From an uncultured Spirochaetota bacterium (GTDB lineage Bacteria > Spirochaetota > Brevinematia > Brevinematales > JAOACQ01), in NCBI GenBank assembly GCA_963783575.1, contig CAWAOD010000014.1, forward strand, positions 288,001 through 352,000: a stretch of DNA of 64,000 nt, in the 5' to 3' direction. The stretch's first letter is position 1. Every line of letters starts with the position of its first letter. Shown piece after piece: positions 9,111 through 19,469 of the stretch. Both the position numbers and the translations under genes were made by a program. The notes under the pieces were generated by a model, which saw only the letters and a list, made by a program, of their open reading frames with translations, did not search any database and was not told where the DNA came from.

Positions 9111-10859
9111 ATGGGATTAATATTTAAGATAAGTTTAAGAAATCTGCTCAGGCAGAAAAGAAGGAATATACTCCTTGGAATAGCAATTGCATTCGGAATG
9201 ATGATTCTTGTTCTTGCAAATTCATTCTCCAGGGGACTTTCCGATATGATTTTCAATAAAATGCTGGTTTATTCAATGGGGCATATTAATGTCTCGGTAA
9301 TCGAAGGCGGCAAAAGCCGAGAGGGGATTATCAGGGATAAAGACCGGTTCATAAGTATTATAACAAATAATGCCAAAAATGTGCTACAGGTAAACCAGCT
9401 TATTGCCATGTATACAAGAGTAATAGGCAACGGCAGGGCGGATATGATGGCAATTGTCGGAATGCCCATGTCGAATGGAATTGAATATCTCAAAGGAGAA
9501 GTAAAAACAGGAAATATTTATGACTTCACAAATAAAAACATAGAAAATCCTATTATCGTTTATGAAAATAAAGCTAAAGATTTGAATGTAAAAGTCGGTG
9601 ATTACTTGAATTCACGTACGACAACGATTAACGGCCAGGTCCAGACTGCACGTTTTACTTTAGTAGCAATAATGAAAAGCGCTAATCTAATGCAGAGTAT
9701 GGCGGCTTATACACCGCAGGACAACCAGAAATTGATTCTTGGTTATAGAAAGTATGAATCTGGGCCCCTGCAGGTTGTTTTCCGTAAAATGGAAAATCCA
9801 AAGATAGCCGTAACAGAGGCCGATAAGATCCATAAAGCATTGAAACCGCAATTAGCCTTAATTTACGGCAATGCAGTTAAGGGAGGAATTTCTATACAGG
9901 CCACTACTCTATCCTACTTTACAAATACAAATGCGATGACAATTATATCAAACAACATTAAGCCGGTTTCAGGTTCAATTGTTCAGGCTACAAACGGCAG
10001 TAATGTTATGATGAGTCTTGGGCTTGCAGAGAAACTGAATTTAAAGGCGGGCGACAAATTTGAAGATATTTACAGGAACAGGTTTGATGGAATTATGACC
10101 ACAAACTCTTACATTGTTGCCTGCATTTTTAATCCCGGTAAAATATTGGGCCAGGATGTAATCCTTGTCCCGGAGCAGAATTTCTATCCGGGTTATTATC
10201 AAAACCTTCCGCCGGTTGCATCAACTTATACAAATGCTGAAATACCTTTGGCCAGCAGTGTTCTTTATCCCGCTCTGGCAACGGAATGGAAGCTTTTGCC
10301 CAGGACAAAAACCTCGGATGAATACCAGAAAAAGATTCAAAAAGTAACAAAGGAAAAATGGGAAGGAGCTTATGTGGACGTTAGTTCTATGTATGAAATT
10401 GCAAGTTTCATACTTCAGCTTGAGGCTGCTTTGAATATGATCTCTATTATCGCAGTGATTATTCTTTTTTTCATAATACTCATAGGTGTTGTTAATACTC
10501 TGCGTATGACAGTGAGGGAAAGAACCAGGGAAATAGGAACTATAAGGGCGATTGGAATGCAGAGAAAGGATGTAAGAAACACATTTATTATGGAGACATT
10601 TCTTCTGACATTGCTCGCGAGCATTGCGGGGATAATAACCGGTTTCATAATTATGGGACTTTTTTCATTCTGGAAAATTGAAACTGATAGTATTTTTTCA
10701 ATTTTCCTGATAAATAAGCATTTAAATTTTGTACCGAAATTCACAAGCATATTGAGTTATCTTATTGTAATTCTATTAATCGGCGTAATGACAGCTTTCT
10801 TCCCGGCGAGAAAAGCAGCAAAAATGTCATCTGCAGAAGCCCTGAGGCATTATGAGTAA
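9111..10859 (+). CDS. ABC permease, FtsX/LolC-like
   Basis: ISLRNLLRQKRR, ERTREIGTIRAIG, PARKAAK..EALR; start at MGLIFK chosen by analogy with the paralog. Confidence 0.9.
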   Translation: MGLIFKISLRNLLRQKRRNILLGIAIAFGMMILVLANSFSRGLSDMIFNKMLVYSMGHINVSVIEGGKSREGIIRDKDRFISIITNNAKNVLQVNQLIAMYTRVIGNGRADMMAIVGMPMSNGIEYLKGEVKTGNIYDFTNKNIENPIIVYENKAKDLNVKVGDYLNSRTTTINGQVQTARFTLVAIMKSANLMQSMAAYTPQDNQKLILGYRKYESGPLQVVFRKMENPKIAVTEADKIHKALKPQLALIYGNAVKGGISIQATTLSYFTNTNAMTIISNNIKPVSGSIVQATNGSNVMMSLGLAEKLNLKAGDKFEDIYRNRFDGIMTTNSYIVACIFNPGKILGQDVILVPEQNFYPGYYQNLPPVASTYTNAEIPLASSVLYPALATEWKLLPRTKTSDEYQKKIQKVTKEKWEGAYVDVSSMYEIASFILQLEAALNMISIIAVIILFFIILIGVVNTLRMTVRERTREIGTIRAIGMQRKDVRNTFIMETFLLTLLASIAGIITGFIIMGLFSFWKIETDSIFSIFLINKHLNFVPKFTSILSYLIVILLIGVMTAFFPARKAAKMSSAEALRHYE

Positions 10860-10901
10860 AAACAAATTTAAGACGGCTATTATTTTATTTAGGAGAAAAT
10901 T

Positions 10902-11675
10902 ATGAAAATAACTATTAAAAGTATATATGTAATGCTGATTATGTTTCTGGCAGTGTTTAACCTATGGTCTCTTCCTCAGGTAATGGACATAGTAAAACAG
11001 ATTGATGACCACCAGCATCTGGGTTCCGACATTTCCGCAAAGGCGGTTCTTACTCAGCAGAAAGTCGGACAGGGAATTAAAATATTTGAATCAATCTATT
11101 ACAGACGTGATAAAGATGATTCTTTTCTTATTGTAATGACAGCCCCGGATTCTGAAAAAGGCAATGGTTATCTGCGCGTGGGAGATAATTTCTGGATGTA
11201 CCGTCAAAATACAAGAACTTTCCAACATATCAACAGAGATGAAAGTATAAGTGGAACCGATGCAAAAGGCGGTGATCTTGAAACAAGAAAACTTGCCGAT
11301 CTGTATAAACCGGAAGTTGATACAAACAATAAGGAAACCCTTAATGAAGAAATGCTGGGTAAAAAAGAGGTTTATAAATTTACACTTATAGGAAAAGTAA
11401 ATGATGTGACATACCCGAAGCAGATTTATTGGGTCGAAAAATCGACTTTTCTTCCTCTTAAAATTCAATCTTATTCATTATCCGGCACATTAATGCAGTC
11501 GTCATATTACCCGAAATATACAATTGTAAGTGAGAAGTATGTTTTGCTCCAGGGTATTTTTGTTGATGAATTTGAAAAGGGTAATAAAACGATTCTGGAT
11601 CTTTCCGGAATATCATTAACATCAATTGAGGATTCGGTATTTACAAAGGGCTATCTTGAAAATTTGAGTAAATAA
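10902..11675 (+). CDS. Outer-membrane lipoprotein-sorting protein (LolA-like)
   Basis: Signal peptide, APDSEKGNGYL..NFWMY, VFTKGYLE C-terminus; follows two FtsX permeases. Confidence 0.75.
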   Translation: MKITIKSIYVMLIMFLAVFNLWSLPQVMDIVKQIDDHQHLGSDISAKAVLTQQKVGQGIKIFESIYYRRDKDDSFLIVMTAPDSEKGNGYLRVGDNFWMYRQNTRTFQHINRDESISGTDAKGGDLETRKLADLYKPEVDTNNKETLNEEMLGKKEVYKFTLIGKVNDVTYPKQIYWVEKSTFLPLKIQSYSLSGTLMQSSYYPKYTIVSEKYVLLQGIFVDEFEKGNKTILDLSGISLTSIEDSVFTKGYLENLSK

Positions 11676-11698
11676 TAAATATTTATAAACAAAATATG

Positions 11699-11721
11699 AA
11701 GGGCTGGGCTTTCCAGCCCTT
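11699..11721 (+). terminator. GC-rich stem-loop after the LolA-like gene
   Basis: AAGGGCTGG-GCTTT-CCAGCCCTT; lies just outside the IS left end. Confidence 0.5.
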
Positions 11722-11756
11722 TAATATAATATATAAGGAGGTGGTATGATAAAAAA

Positions 11757-11921
11757 GGTTGAAAAATAAAAGAGCCCGCATCAAAATAGATGAGGGCTCT
11801 GAATAGGACAAAGATCGAATCAATTTGTGGGGATAAACCCCGTTAGGAGTATGATCGAATCCTTGTCCGAACCACCATTTTGAGGATAAACCTCGTATTG
11901 GAGTATGGTAATTTTTCAACC
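11757..11921 (+). ncRNA. Putative IS110 bridge/seek RNA
   Basis: Closing stem GGTTGAAAAAT/ATTTTTCAACC, 5' hairpin 11771-11800, two similar internal-loop arms (11806-11868, 11871-11909), located in the left non-coding end. Confidence 0.7.
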
Positions 11922-11977
11922 GGATTAATATACCACTAAAAGATTCAGGCCTCCCAAATAAATTAGGGAGGAAAACG

Positions 11978-12988
11978 ATGGACGCAAAAAAGTGGATCGG
12001 AATTGATATCCACAAAAAGCAAATTACCGTTTGCATTATTATAGAAAACGGTAAAAAATCAATCAAGCAATATGAGAGAAATGAAAAAGAATTAGCGGAA
12101 TTTGAGAAAGAGATTGACAAAGAAACGATAATCGGGATTGAATCGACAAACTGGACATGGGATTTAATCAAACGGTTAAAAGATAAAGCAAAAGATGCGG
12201 TTATTTTCAATACTATTGATTTAAAAAGATTAATGGATCGATTTAAAAAAACAGACAAGGAAGATGCAGAAAGAATGGCGATTATATTACAAAGATTTGA
12301 AAAAGAAGAGCTAAGTACCTGTCAGATAAGAAGCGACGAAGACGCTGAAATAAGAGGATTATTATCTGTGAGGGAAGAAATGGTTAGCAATAAGAAAAGC
12401 TATAAGACAAAGATAATAGCGATGATGGAGTATTGGGGGATTAAAACCGGAGACAAAATGTTCAACAATTTTGAAAAGAACACAAACTAGGTCAAAGAAC
12501 AAAACATACCTGAGAGTATAAAGAGAGCCGTAATCCAGATGTATGTTATGTTAGAAAATCTCAAAGAAGACATTAAGGTACTGGATAAAGAAACAGAAGC
12601 CTTAAGCATAAAGAGACCCGGATATAATGAGATTAAAGAATTAACGGGAATAGGCACAACAACCGGCGCATACATCATAACGAAGGTAGGCAATATAGAC
12701 CGCTTTAGTACCTCAAAAAAATTTGTATCATATATGGGATTAGCACCAAGAGTTAGTGAAAGTGACGGAAAAGGAACAAATGGTCAAATTACACGAAAAG
12801 TAGACGGTGCTTTTTTAAGGGTCATAGTACAAGCAGCCTGGGTTCGTGTGAGATATGATAAAGAAATGAAATCGTTTTATGAGAATATTCGAACAAGAAG
12901 AGGAAAACAAAAAGCGATCATTGCAGTAGCGAGAAAAATTATTGTGGAAGTATATTATAAGTTGTTGAATCTGAAATCTGAGGCTTGA
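11978..12988 (+). pseudogene. IS110 DEDD recombinase/transposase with in-frame TAG at 12488-12490
   Basis: IGIDIHKK, GIEST, KKTDKEDA, LTGIG, SYMGLAPRVSESDG, KAIIAVARK; the two ORFs share one frame. Confidence 0.9.
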
Positions 12989-13028
12989 ATCTTAAAATAA
13001 AACTTGACAAATTACATAGGAGTTAATT

Positions 13029-14453
13029 ATGTTTAATAAATCAATATTTTTAATATTTTTTGTTTTAATTGTCACAGGGTATTCATTCTCACAGGATAAT
13101 GTCGACGAATCAAGTCTTTTCGGCGATACAAGCTCGGTTGTCTCAAACAACCAGATAATAAATAATACAGTAACTTCAAATATTGATAAGGAATCGGTTG
13201 CTTTCACGGGAAGCATTATGAGTACGGGGCTTTATTCAATGACAAGAGACTGGGTAAATGGCATTACTAATACCGATTTAAACCAGCTTCAAACATATAT
13301 GCAGGGTAACCTTTTTCTTGATGTAAGACTTACAAAAGGTTTTAAAGCTTTCGCGAATATTGAGGCATTCTATACCTCTCAGGGGCAATTGACTCCTCAT
13401 TATTTTTCCGGTTTATCATTACAAACAAATATCATCACAAATTATGGACCGGCAATAACAAATGTTTCATTATCTACAAATAACATTACTTATTATGAAA
13501 CAAACAATACAATTCTTAGCCTGAAAGAATTCTTTGTGGATGGAAATATCAATCACGCGGCTTACATACGCGCGGGGAAACAGGTTGTTCAATGGGGAGT
13601 TAACTATTTCTGGAATCCGACAGATTTAATAAACATACAAAAAAAGACTTTTACGGATTTGAACAATTACAGGGACGGGAGTTATGGAATGAAAATCCTT
13701 GTTCCTTTTGGAACTGTAATTAACTTATACAGTTTTATAGATTTTACGGATATTCATGATCTGGAAGACACTGCTATTGCTGGAAAATTTGAATTCCTTA
13801 TTGCAAACACAGAATTTTCACTATCAGCCTGGGCAAAACGGAATAATCTTCCTGTGTATGGTTTTGATTTTTCAACAAGATTGTTTACCATAGATATATC
13901 CGGGGAAGCCAGCCTCTCTTACGGCGATAATGGAAAGCTATTGGATCTTAATAATCCGGTTGTTATTAAAAACTATGGACAGACGACTACAAACTATAAT
14001 TTAACACAGATTACAAATACCCTGGTTCCAAAATTCAGCCTTGGATTATCCAGGAGCTTTGATTTTATGAATATCAGCGACAGGATAACAACCCGGCTTG
14101 AGTTTTTTTATAACGGGGCTGGTTATGACAGCAATATTTTAAACGATCCGTATAAGAGATACTCTCTTTTGCAGCAATATAATCTTTACCAGCCTAATTA
14201 TCTTTCAAAATATTATATATCGTTGTTTACAACTTATAACGAATTTATTATACCTGATATGACATTTGCTTTTAACGGGATTATGAATCTTGTCGATTAT
14301 TCTTCAACACTTTATGGCACAATCAGCTATAACCCGCTTTATGATTTTACAATCAGCCTTAATATTTTCGGTTATACTGGGGCGACAAACTGCGAATATA
14401 CATTACAGGGTAATACGCTGGCCGCGAGCATTGTTGCAACCATGACCTTCTGA
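13029..14453 (+). CDS. Probable outer-membrane beta-barrel protein of the ABC/LolA operon
   Basis: Signal peptide, RAGKQVVQWG..FWNPTDLIN, beta-strand pattern, terminal Phe. Confidence 0.6.
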   Translation: MFNKSIFLIFFVLIVTGYSFSQDNVDESSLFGDTSSVVSNNQIINNTVTSNIDKESVAFTGSIMSTGLYSMTRDWVNGITNTDLNQLQTYMQGNLFLDVRLTKGFKAFANIEAFYTSQGQLTPHYFSGLSLQTNIITNYGPAITNVSLSTNNITYYETNNTILSLKEFFVDGNINHAAYIRAGKQVVQWGVNYFWNPTDLINIQKKTFTDLNNYRDGSYGMKILVPFGTVINLYSFIDFTDIHDLEDTAIAGKFEFLIANTEFSLSAWAKRNNLPVYGFDFSTRLFTIDISGEASLSYGDNGKLLDLNNPVVIKNYGQTTTNYNLTQITNTLVPKFSLGLSRSFDFMNISDRITTRLEFFYNGAGYDSNILNDPYKRYSLLQQYNLYQPNYLSKYYISLFTTYNEFIIPDMTFAFNGIMNLVDYSSTLYGTISYNPLYDFTISLNIFGYTGATNCEYTLQGNTLAASIVATMTF

Positions 14454-14619
14454 CAGGCTTCAAATATTTACAAATATTGTTCTCGATTTAATCCGTTTGC
14501 TAAAAATTTTACAATTATTTGCAAAATTAATAAATAATAATATAATGTAACAAAATATTTTTTTTGTATGTATATTTATATAATTATCCTTTACTAAATT
14601 AAAATATTTGGAGGTTATT

Positions 14620-15408
14620 ATGAATTTAAGAAGAAACATTTGTTTTTCTGGTTTGTTAATCGTTATGGGTATTTTCTTAGTAATTTTTTCCGGTTGTCCC
14701 ACTTCGCCGGGATCTTCCTCCAGTTCAACATCTACTTCGTCAACAAGTTCTTCGTCCATACCATTATCCAGCAACCCGCCCTTTATAATTAATGCGAGTT
14801 TTTTGACTTATAGCGGAACCGGCTTGATTTTAACTGGAGAACCCAATCAAGTAAGTTTAAGTTCAACTAATGGTAATATCTATAATTTTTCCAGTGATAA
14901 AGTGTCCTTAAATGGTTCTCCGTTAGTATATAGCAATAATACACATTATTTGTTTATATTAACAAACAGTGTTACTATTGCATCAGGCGGTGTCGTTACG
15001 GTCAGTGTAATAGATTCCGGCACCAATTACAATATTACCGGGACGAATTTTACAAGTTATCCGTCTGTCAGCGTTCCCTTATCGAATGCGTCATGGTATG
15101 TTTCAGGTTCTACGAATTTTCTCATATCATGGTCCGGCGGCGCCCCCACCCAAGGAGCCGGTTATTGGGCATTTGTGGAGGATACTAACAACCAAATCAC
15201 ATATTACGGCTTTAGCAGTAATAATGGGCCTATTAATTTACCAATAACCACAACCAATCTAAATGTCCCAGTATCCGCATTCAGCAACGCCAGTAAACCT
15301 TTGCCATTAATGATTATAGTTGCAATTGTGTCGACGAATTTAGGTGATACAACTGTGACAGGTGTATATTTAGGGAATATTGTTACCGTTCCTATAACAC
15401 TTCAATAA
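14620..15408 (+). CDS. Putative lipoprotein with Ser/Thr-rich linker
   Basis: Hydrophobic signal ending IFSGC, then PTSPGSSSSSTSTSSTSSSS; GGAGG RBS before ATG 14620. Confidence 0.65.
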   Translation: MNLRRNICFSGLLIVMGIFLVIFSGCPTSPGSSSSSTSTSSTSSSSIPLSSNPPFIINASFLTYSGTGLILTGEPNQVSLSSTNGNIYNFSSDKVSLNGSPLVYSNNTHYLFILTNSVTIASGGVVTVSVIDSGTNYNITGTNFTSYPSVSVPLSNASWYVSGSTNFLISWSGGAPTQGAGYWAFVEDTNNQITYYGFSSNNGPINLPITTTNLNVPVSAFSNASKPLPLMIIVAIVSTNLGDTTVTGVYLGNIVTVPITLQ

Positions 15409-15475
15409 GGATTTTGTTCAATTTGAGAATATTAGAATACCATGAATATGACCAGGGTACTAAGTTGATATAACT

Positions 15476-17164
15476 TTATAAAGAGCTGTGATGTATAAGA
15501 TCGTAGAAATTCTTCCATTCGCCGGAGTTAAAGAATTTATTTAAAAATATTTGTATCTCGGTTCTCAGGCCGTTCCGTGATATTATAATTGATGAGAGAA
15601 TTTCATTCAATATAGACTTTGTTTTTAAATCGATCTCCTGCAATTCGTTCTTTTTGATTAATTCAATAGTATAATTCTCCAGAAAAAAAGTATCGACAAA
15701 GTTTCCCAATAAATCCTGAACCGACGGTAAAAAATCGGCAATGATACGGATATTTTTATCCAGGAACGGAGAAAAAAATTCTACGGAATAGCGCAGCCTT
15801 TTAAATTTGATCCTTAGTTTATGAATTCTTTTATCCAGAATTTTAATATTTCTCGATTTTAATTGAGCGCTGTCTCCAGAGGTTTTTACGATCTTATTCG
15901 AGAAATTAAGGATTTCATCAGAGGTTTTTTTTAAAAAATCAACTGCAAAACTCTCTATTTTATTGTCTGATATACTTTTAAAATCTTTTCGAAAAAATTG
16001 GTTTTGTTCTATATCTTGCATTTTTTGCTTAAAATATAAGTATCGCCTTGATTTAAAAAAATTCTTCATTTTTTTTCTTCTTTCATCAAGCATACTTTTC
16101 AGAATTTGTTCTAAAAAAACAATGATACTGGTGTTTTTATTAAATGAAGCGGCTGTTATGAACTCCTGGTATTTTATGAAATAAACATCAAGGTCCCTGA
16201 CAGCGCCTAGTATTTCTGCGATTTTTTCAAAGTTATTTTTTAAGTATGTATAAAATCTGTAAGTCATTGTGTAACGGAAACTTTTTAAAGCTGTTCTGAT
16301 CTTACGAACAGCTACACGCATATCATGAACAAATTCACTGTCTATACCTATCGCAGCGCCGATCTCATTTTGTAACGCGATTTGAAAATAATGATTTAAT
16401 AAAATGGGAAAAACCTTGCTACAAGTTAAATCTTTATCAAATTCCAATTTTTTCATTTTTTTGAAAGAGAGATTGAAGTATGAAATTGTTTTTTCAAGTT
16501 TATTTTTTTCAGAAGGAGTAAGATGATACTCTTTGATCAACTTATTTCCAAAAGAATTGAATAAGTCGATTTCATGGGTTGATAACGAATAATTGACTTT
16601 CTTATCCTTACGGGTTTCAATCAATTCAAGTTCCAGCTCCAGAAATTTGAAAGAGTTTTCTCCTTGTAATTGCAATGATTGAGCAGTAGAATCATCAAAT
16701 GATAATTCGCATATTATAGAATTTTCGGTGATTTGATCGGATGAATTATATGTAATTTTCCATTTTCGGCGATTATTGTTAATTTTTACAATTGGTGCAA
16801 TGTTCTCGGATAAAATATAACCGAACTCATTCATAAAAAATGACTTAATTTTTTCTTCTGCTATAATATCGTTAAGGATTATATTTTCTTCCCGGAAAAC
16901 CTGCCATTCAAATCTATCGAAAAAAACAGATGATTTTTTTTTCTGCTGTAATTTGACCTCAATGACTGTTGAGTTGCCTGTAATTCGTTTTCTGCAGCCA
17001 AAGCCGGCCAGGAAAAGTCTACCGTCAGAAGTATCATAATAAAGATCTTCCTGTTCTTTAATTCCCAAGTAATTAACTGACAGGTGAATGTCTTTTTCAA
17101 GAAATTTAATAAAATCATCAGAATTAAAATCTGGCTTTATATCAAATTTAAACTCTTTTTCCAC
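15476..17164 (-). CDS. CYTH plus CHAD domain protein
   Basis: N-terminal EKEFKF..DLYYDT..ELELE (CYTH); VHDMRVAVRKIR, LGAVRDLDV, IHKLRIKFKRLRYSVEFF, QDLLG (CHAD). Confidence 0.85.
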   Translation of the reverse strand: MEKEFKFDIKPDFNSDDFIKFLEKDIHLSVNYLGIKEQEDLYYDTSDGRLFLAGFGCRKRITGNSTVIEVKLQQKKKSSVFFDRFEWQVFREENIILNDIIAEEKIKSFFMNEFGYILSENIAPIVKINNNRRKWKITYNSSDQITENSIICELSFDDSTAQSLQLQGENSFKFLELELELIETRKDKKVNYSLSTHEIDLFNSFGNKLIKEYHLTPSEKNKLEKTISYFNLSFKKMKKLEFDKDLTCSKVFPILLNHYFQIALQNEIGAAIGIDSEFVHDMRVAVRKIRTALKSFRYTMTYRFYTYLKNNFEKIAEILGAVRDLDVYFIKYQEFITAASFNKNTSIIVFLEQILKSMLDERRKKMKNFFKSRRYLYFKQKMQDIEQNQFFRKDFKSISDNKIESFAVDFLKKTSDEILNFSNKIVKTSGDSAQLKSRNIKILDKRIHKLRIKFKRLRYSVEFFSPFLDKNIRIIADFLPSVQDLLGNFVDTFFLENYTIELIKKNELQEIDLKTKSILNEILSSIIISRNGLRTEIQIFLNKFFNSGEWKNFYDLIHHSSL

Positions 17165-17183
17165 AAAGACCCGCGTAAATTTT

Positions 17184-17954
17184 TTATTTTCCTAATCTTT
17201 TATTTACAATTTCAAGATCGATCTTTAACCCTTTTATTGTTTTTTCTTCTTCTCTGGGGATTTTTTCATCAAAAGACATATTCAGGGATTTTTCAATTTC
17301 TTCTTTAGCTTCGGCGTATTTTCCGTCGTTCATTAGCATTTCAGCATAGATTTGATGGACATAGCGATAGTCTTCGCCGTATTTCAGCGCGATTTGAATG
17401 TCCTTATACGACTGTTCCTTATTTCCGATGCTTAAGGGCCAGCCAGGTGCAAAATTGTAAGTCTGGGCGCGGATTGCCCATGGAAGACCGCGGAAGAAAT
17501 TAGTTTTTATTTCAATAACCTTTGTCATTTCGTCCTTAACTGTTCCAACACAGAAAAGACTATTCAAAATTCCGTTTGCCTGTGACCATAATCCGTATCC
17601 GGTAGCCTTCCAAAAGTGACCGTCAACGCCGTTCGGATTAAGTGCAATAGCTCTATCTGCATAATCTTTGGTTTTCCAGTAATATTCTTTTCTTTTATTT
17701 ATATTCGTTTCATAGATATCTCCCTCAAAGTATAATATTGCTGCATATTCCCAGTTTAAATCATAAGAATTGGAATTAGTAGACAATTCGTTACTGAGAT
17801 TTTCAAGAAGCTTTATATTTCCTTCATGCGTATTGCGCTCCATTGCAATATCTTCATCTAAAAATTCTTCTGTATTTAAACAGAATGACGGAGTGTTTAA
17901 AATTAATATACAATATAATACCCCGCACATTCTTAACATAATGATCCACCCCAA
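17184..17954 (-). CDS. Exported TPR-like protein
   Basis: ADRAIALNPNGVDGHFWKA helical repeats; APGWPLSIGN. Confidence 0.6.
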   Translation of the reverse strand: MGWIIMLRMCGVLYCILILNTPSFCLNTEEFLDEDIAMERNTHEGNIKLLENLSNELSTNSNSYDLNWEYAAILYFEGDIYETNINKRKEYYWKTKDYADRAIALNPNGVDGHFWKATGYGLWSQANGILNSLFCVGTVKDEMTKVIEIKTNFFRGLPWAIRAQTYNFAPGWPLSIGNKEQSYKDIQIALKYGEDYRYVHQIYAEMLMNDGKYAEAKEEIEKSLNMSFDEKIPREEEKTIKGLKIDLEIVNKRLGK

Positions 17955-17955
17955 A

Positions 17956-19467
17956 TTATATCATTAAAGATAACTTTTTATCATCATTTTGATTTATATT
18001 ACTGGAATTTATGGTTTCGGATTCGTTCATCTTCAAGAACTCGCCCCCCAATCTGAGAAGTTCTTCTTTTTTATTTAAATCCGGATTGTCAAGAACAAGC
18101 TGAAGCAGATGTTCAAGCATTATACCGATTATTTTTGATGGCTTCAATTTGAAATGCTCCATAATATCAAAGCCGTTAATCTTTAAATCGGTAACTTTCA
18201 GAGCATTATCGGCCTGGATTATTGAATCAATCCTCTTCCTGAATTTATTAAGTATATCCGTATCACCCATTTTCATCCCGCTTCCTATCCTGTCAGCTTT
18301 CCTTAGCTCAAATAAATCACTTAAAAATAAATAATCGCCGTTAATTTTTCTCAAAAAGCGTCTGACAGCCCCGTCGCTCCATTCTTCAGTATAATAGAAC
18401 ATATGCAGTTTAACAAGCTTTGAAACATAATTAATATCATTATTACTGAATTTTAATCTCTTCATTATTTTTTCAGCCAGTCTTTCCCCAATTATTTCAT
18501 GATTATAAAAAACATTCCCGTTTCCATTGTATATGGCAAAATTTTTGGCCCTTGCTTTACCGATGTCATGAAATAATGCGGCAAGTCTGACAATCGGTTT
18601 ATCCTTTGAGACTGCGTCACAGGTGTAAAGATTATGATAATAAATATCATGCTTATGGAATTCGTTTTGATCTATTGAATAACCTTCAAGAAGCTCAGGA
18701 ATAAAAAGATTGAGAAGACCTGATATTCGAAGATTTTCTAATCCAATGGAAGGTTTTCCTGATTTTAGCAATTTAATCAATTCATCATGCACTCTTTCCA
18801 TTGATACCATAGATACAATATTATGGACAATTGGAATGGCGTCAAGCGTATCCTTATCAATATTAAACTCCAATTGTGATGATAAACGGCAAGCTCTTAT
18901 AGGCCTTAATCCGTCCTCGCTGAATCGTTCCACAGGATTACCAACAGTTTTTATCAATCTATTATCAATATCTTTTAAACCGTTATAAAGATCGTAGATC
19001 TTTTTTTCCATAACATCATAAGCCAATGCGTTTATTGTAAAATCCCTTCTGGATAAATCTTCAGAAAGGGTGGTTGAAAACCGGACATTTTCCGGATGCC
19101 GTCCGTCTTTATAAATACCGTCGATTCTAAATGTTGTCATTTCGTATTTAGAGAAGCTTTTATCTTTTTCAATAATAATTGTTACCGTACCATGACTTAA
19201 ACCTGTCGGAACAGTAAATACCCTAGATTTGCCTTTTTCCTTAAATATCCTTATTACATCTTCCGGTTTTGCGCTGGTATTAAAATCGAAATCCGAATCT
19301 TTCAAATCTGTATTTTTGAAACCCCCGGCTAGAATAATGTCTCTGACTACACCCCCCACAAGGTAAACCTCAAAACCGTTTTTCTGTAATTTTTGAAAAA
19401 TATAGAGAATATCTTCGGGGACTTTTCCCTGAAAGAGATCGATTCTTTTATATTGAATGACGCTCAT
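17956..19467 (-). CDS. cca: CCA tRNA nucleotidyltransferase with HD domain
   Basis: YLVGGVVRD, DFDFNT, EDLSRRDFTINALA, RFSEDGLRPIRA, ALFHDIGK. Confidence 0.92.
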   Translation of the reverse strand: MSVIQYKRIDLFQGKVPEDILYIFQKLQKNGFEVYLVGGVVRDIILAGGFKNTDLKDSDFDFNTSAKPEDVIRIFKEKGKSRVFTVPTGLSHGTVTIIIEKDKSFSKYEMTTFRIDGIYKDGRHPENVRFSTTLSEDLSRRDFTINALAYDVMEKKIYDLYNGLKDIDNRLIKTVGNPVERFSEDGLRPIRACRLSSQLEFNIDKDTLDAIPIVHNIVSMVSMERVHDELIKLLKSGKPSIGLENLRISGLLNLFIPELLEGYSIDQNEFHKHDIYYHNLYTCDAVSKDKPIVRLAALFHDIGKARAKNFAIYNGNGNVFYNHEIIGERLAEKIMKRLKFSNNDINYVSKLVKLHMFYYTEEWSDGAVRRFLRKINGDYLFLSDLFELRKADRIGSGMKMGDTDILNKFRKRIDSIIQADNALKVTDLKINGFDIMEHFKLKPSKIIGIMLEHLLQLVLDNPDLNKKEELLRLGGEFLKMNESETINSSNINQNDDKKLSLMI

Positions 19468-19469
19468 TT

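Larger units (their letters stand above)
11736..13022 (+). mobile_element. IS110-family element inserted at an AGGAG core
   Basis: AGGAG at both junctions (11736-40, 13018-22); joining the ends gives TTGACA-N17-TATGAT; DEDD recombinase inside. Confidence 0.85.

Noticed and set aside
11829..11909. Two similar GGATAAACC..GGAGTATG repeats as a mini-CRISPR
   Set aside because: Only two imperfect copies and no cas genes; better explained as twin arms of the IS110 RNA.
11683..12258. 191-aa - strand ORF across the IS110 left end
   Set aside because: Shadow of the transposase and structured non-coding end; no recognisable motifs, and it crosses the IS boundary.
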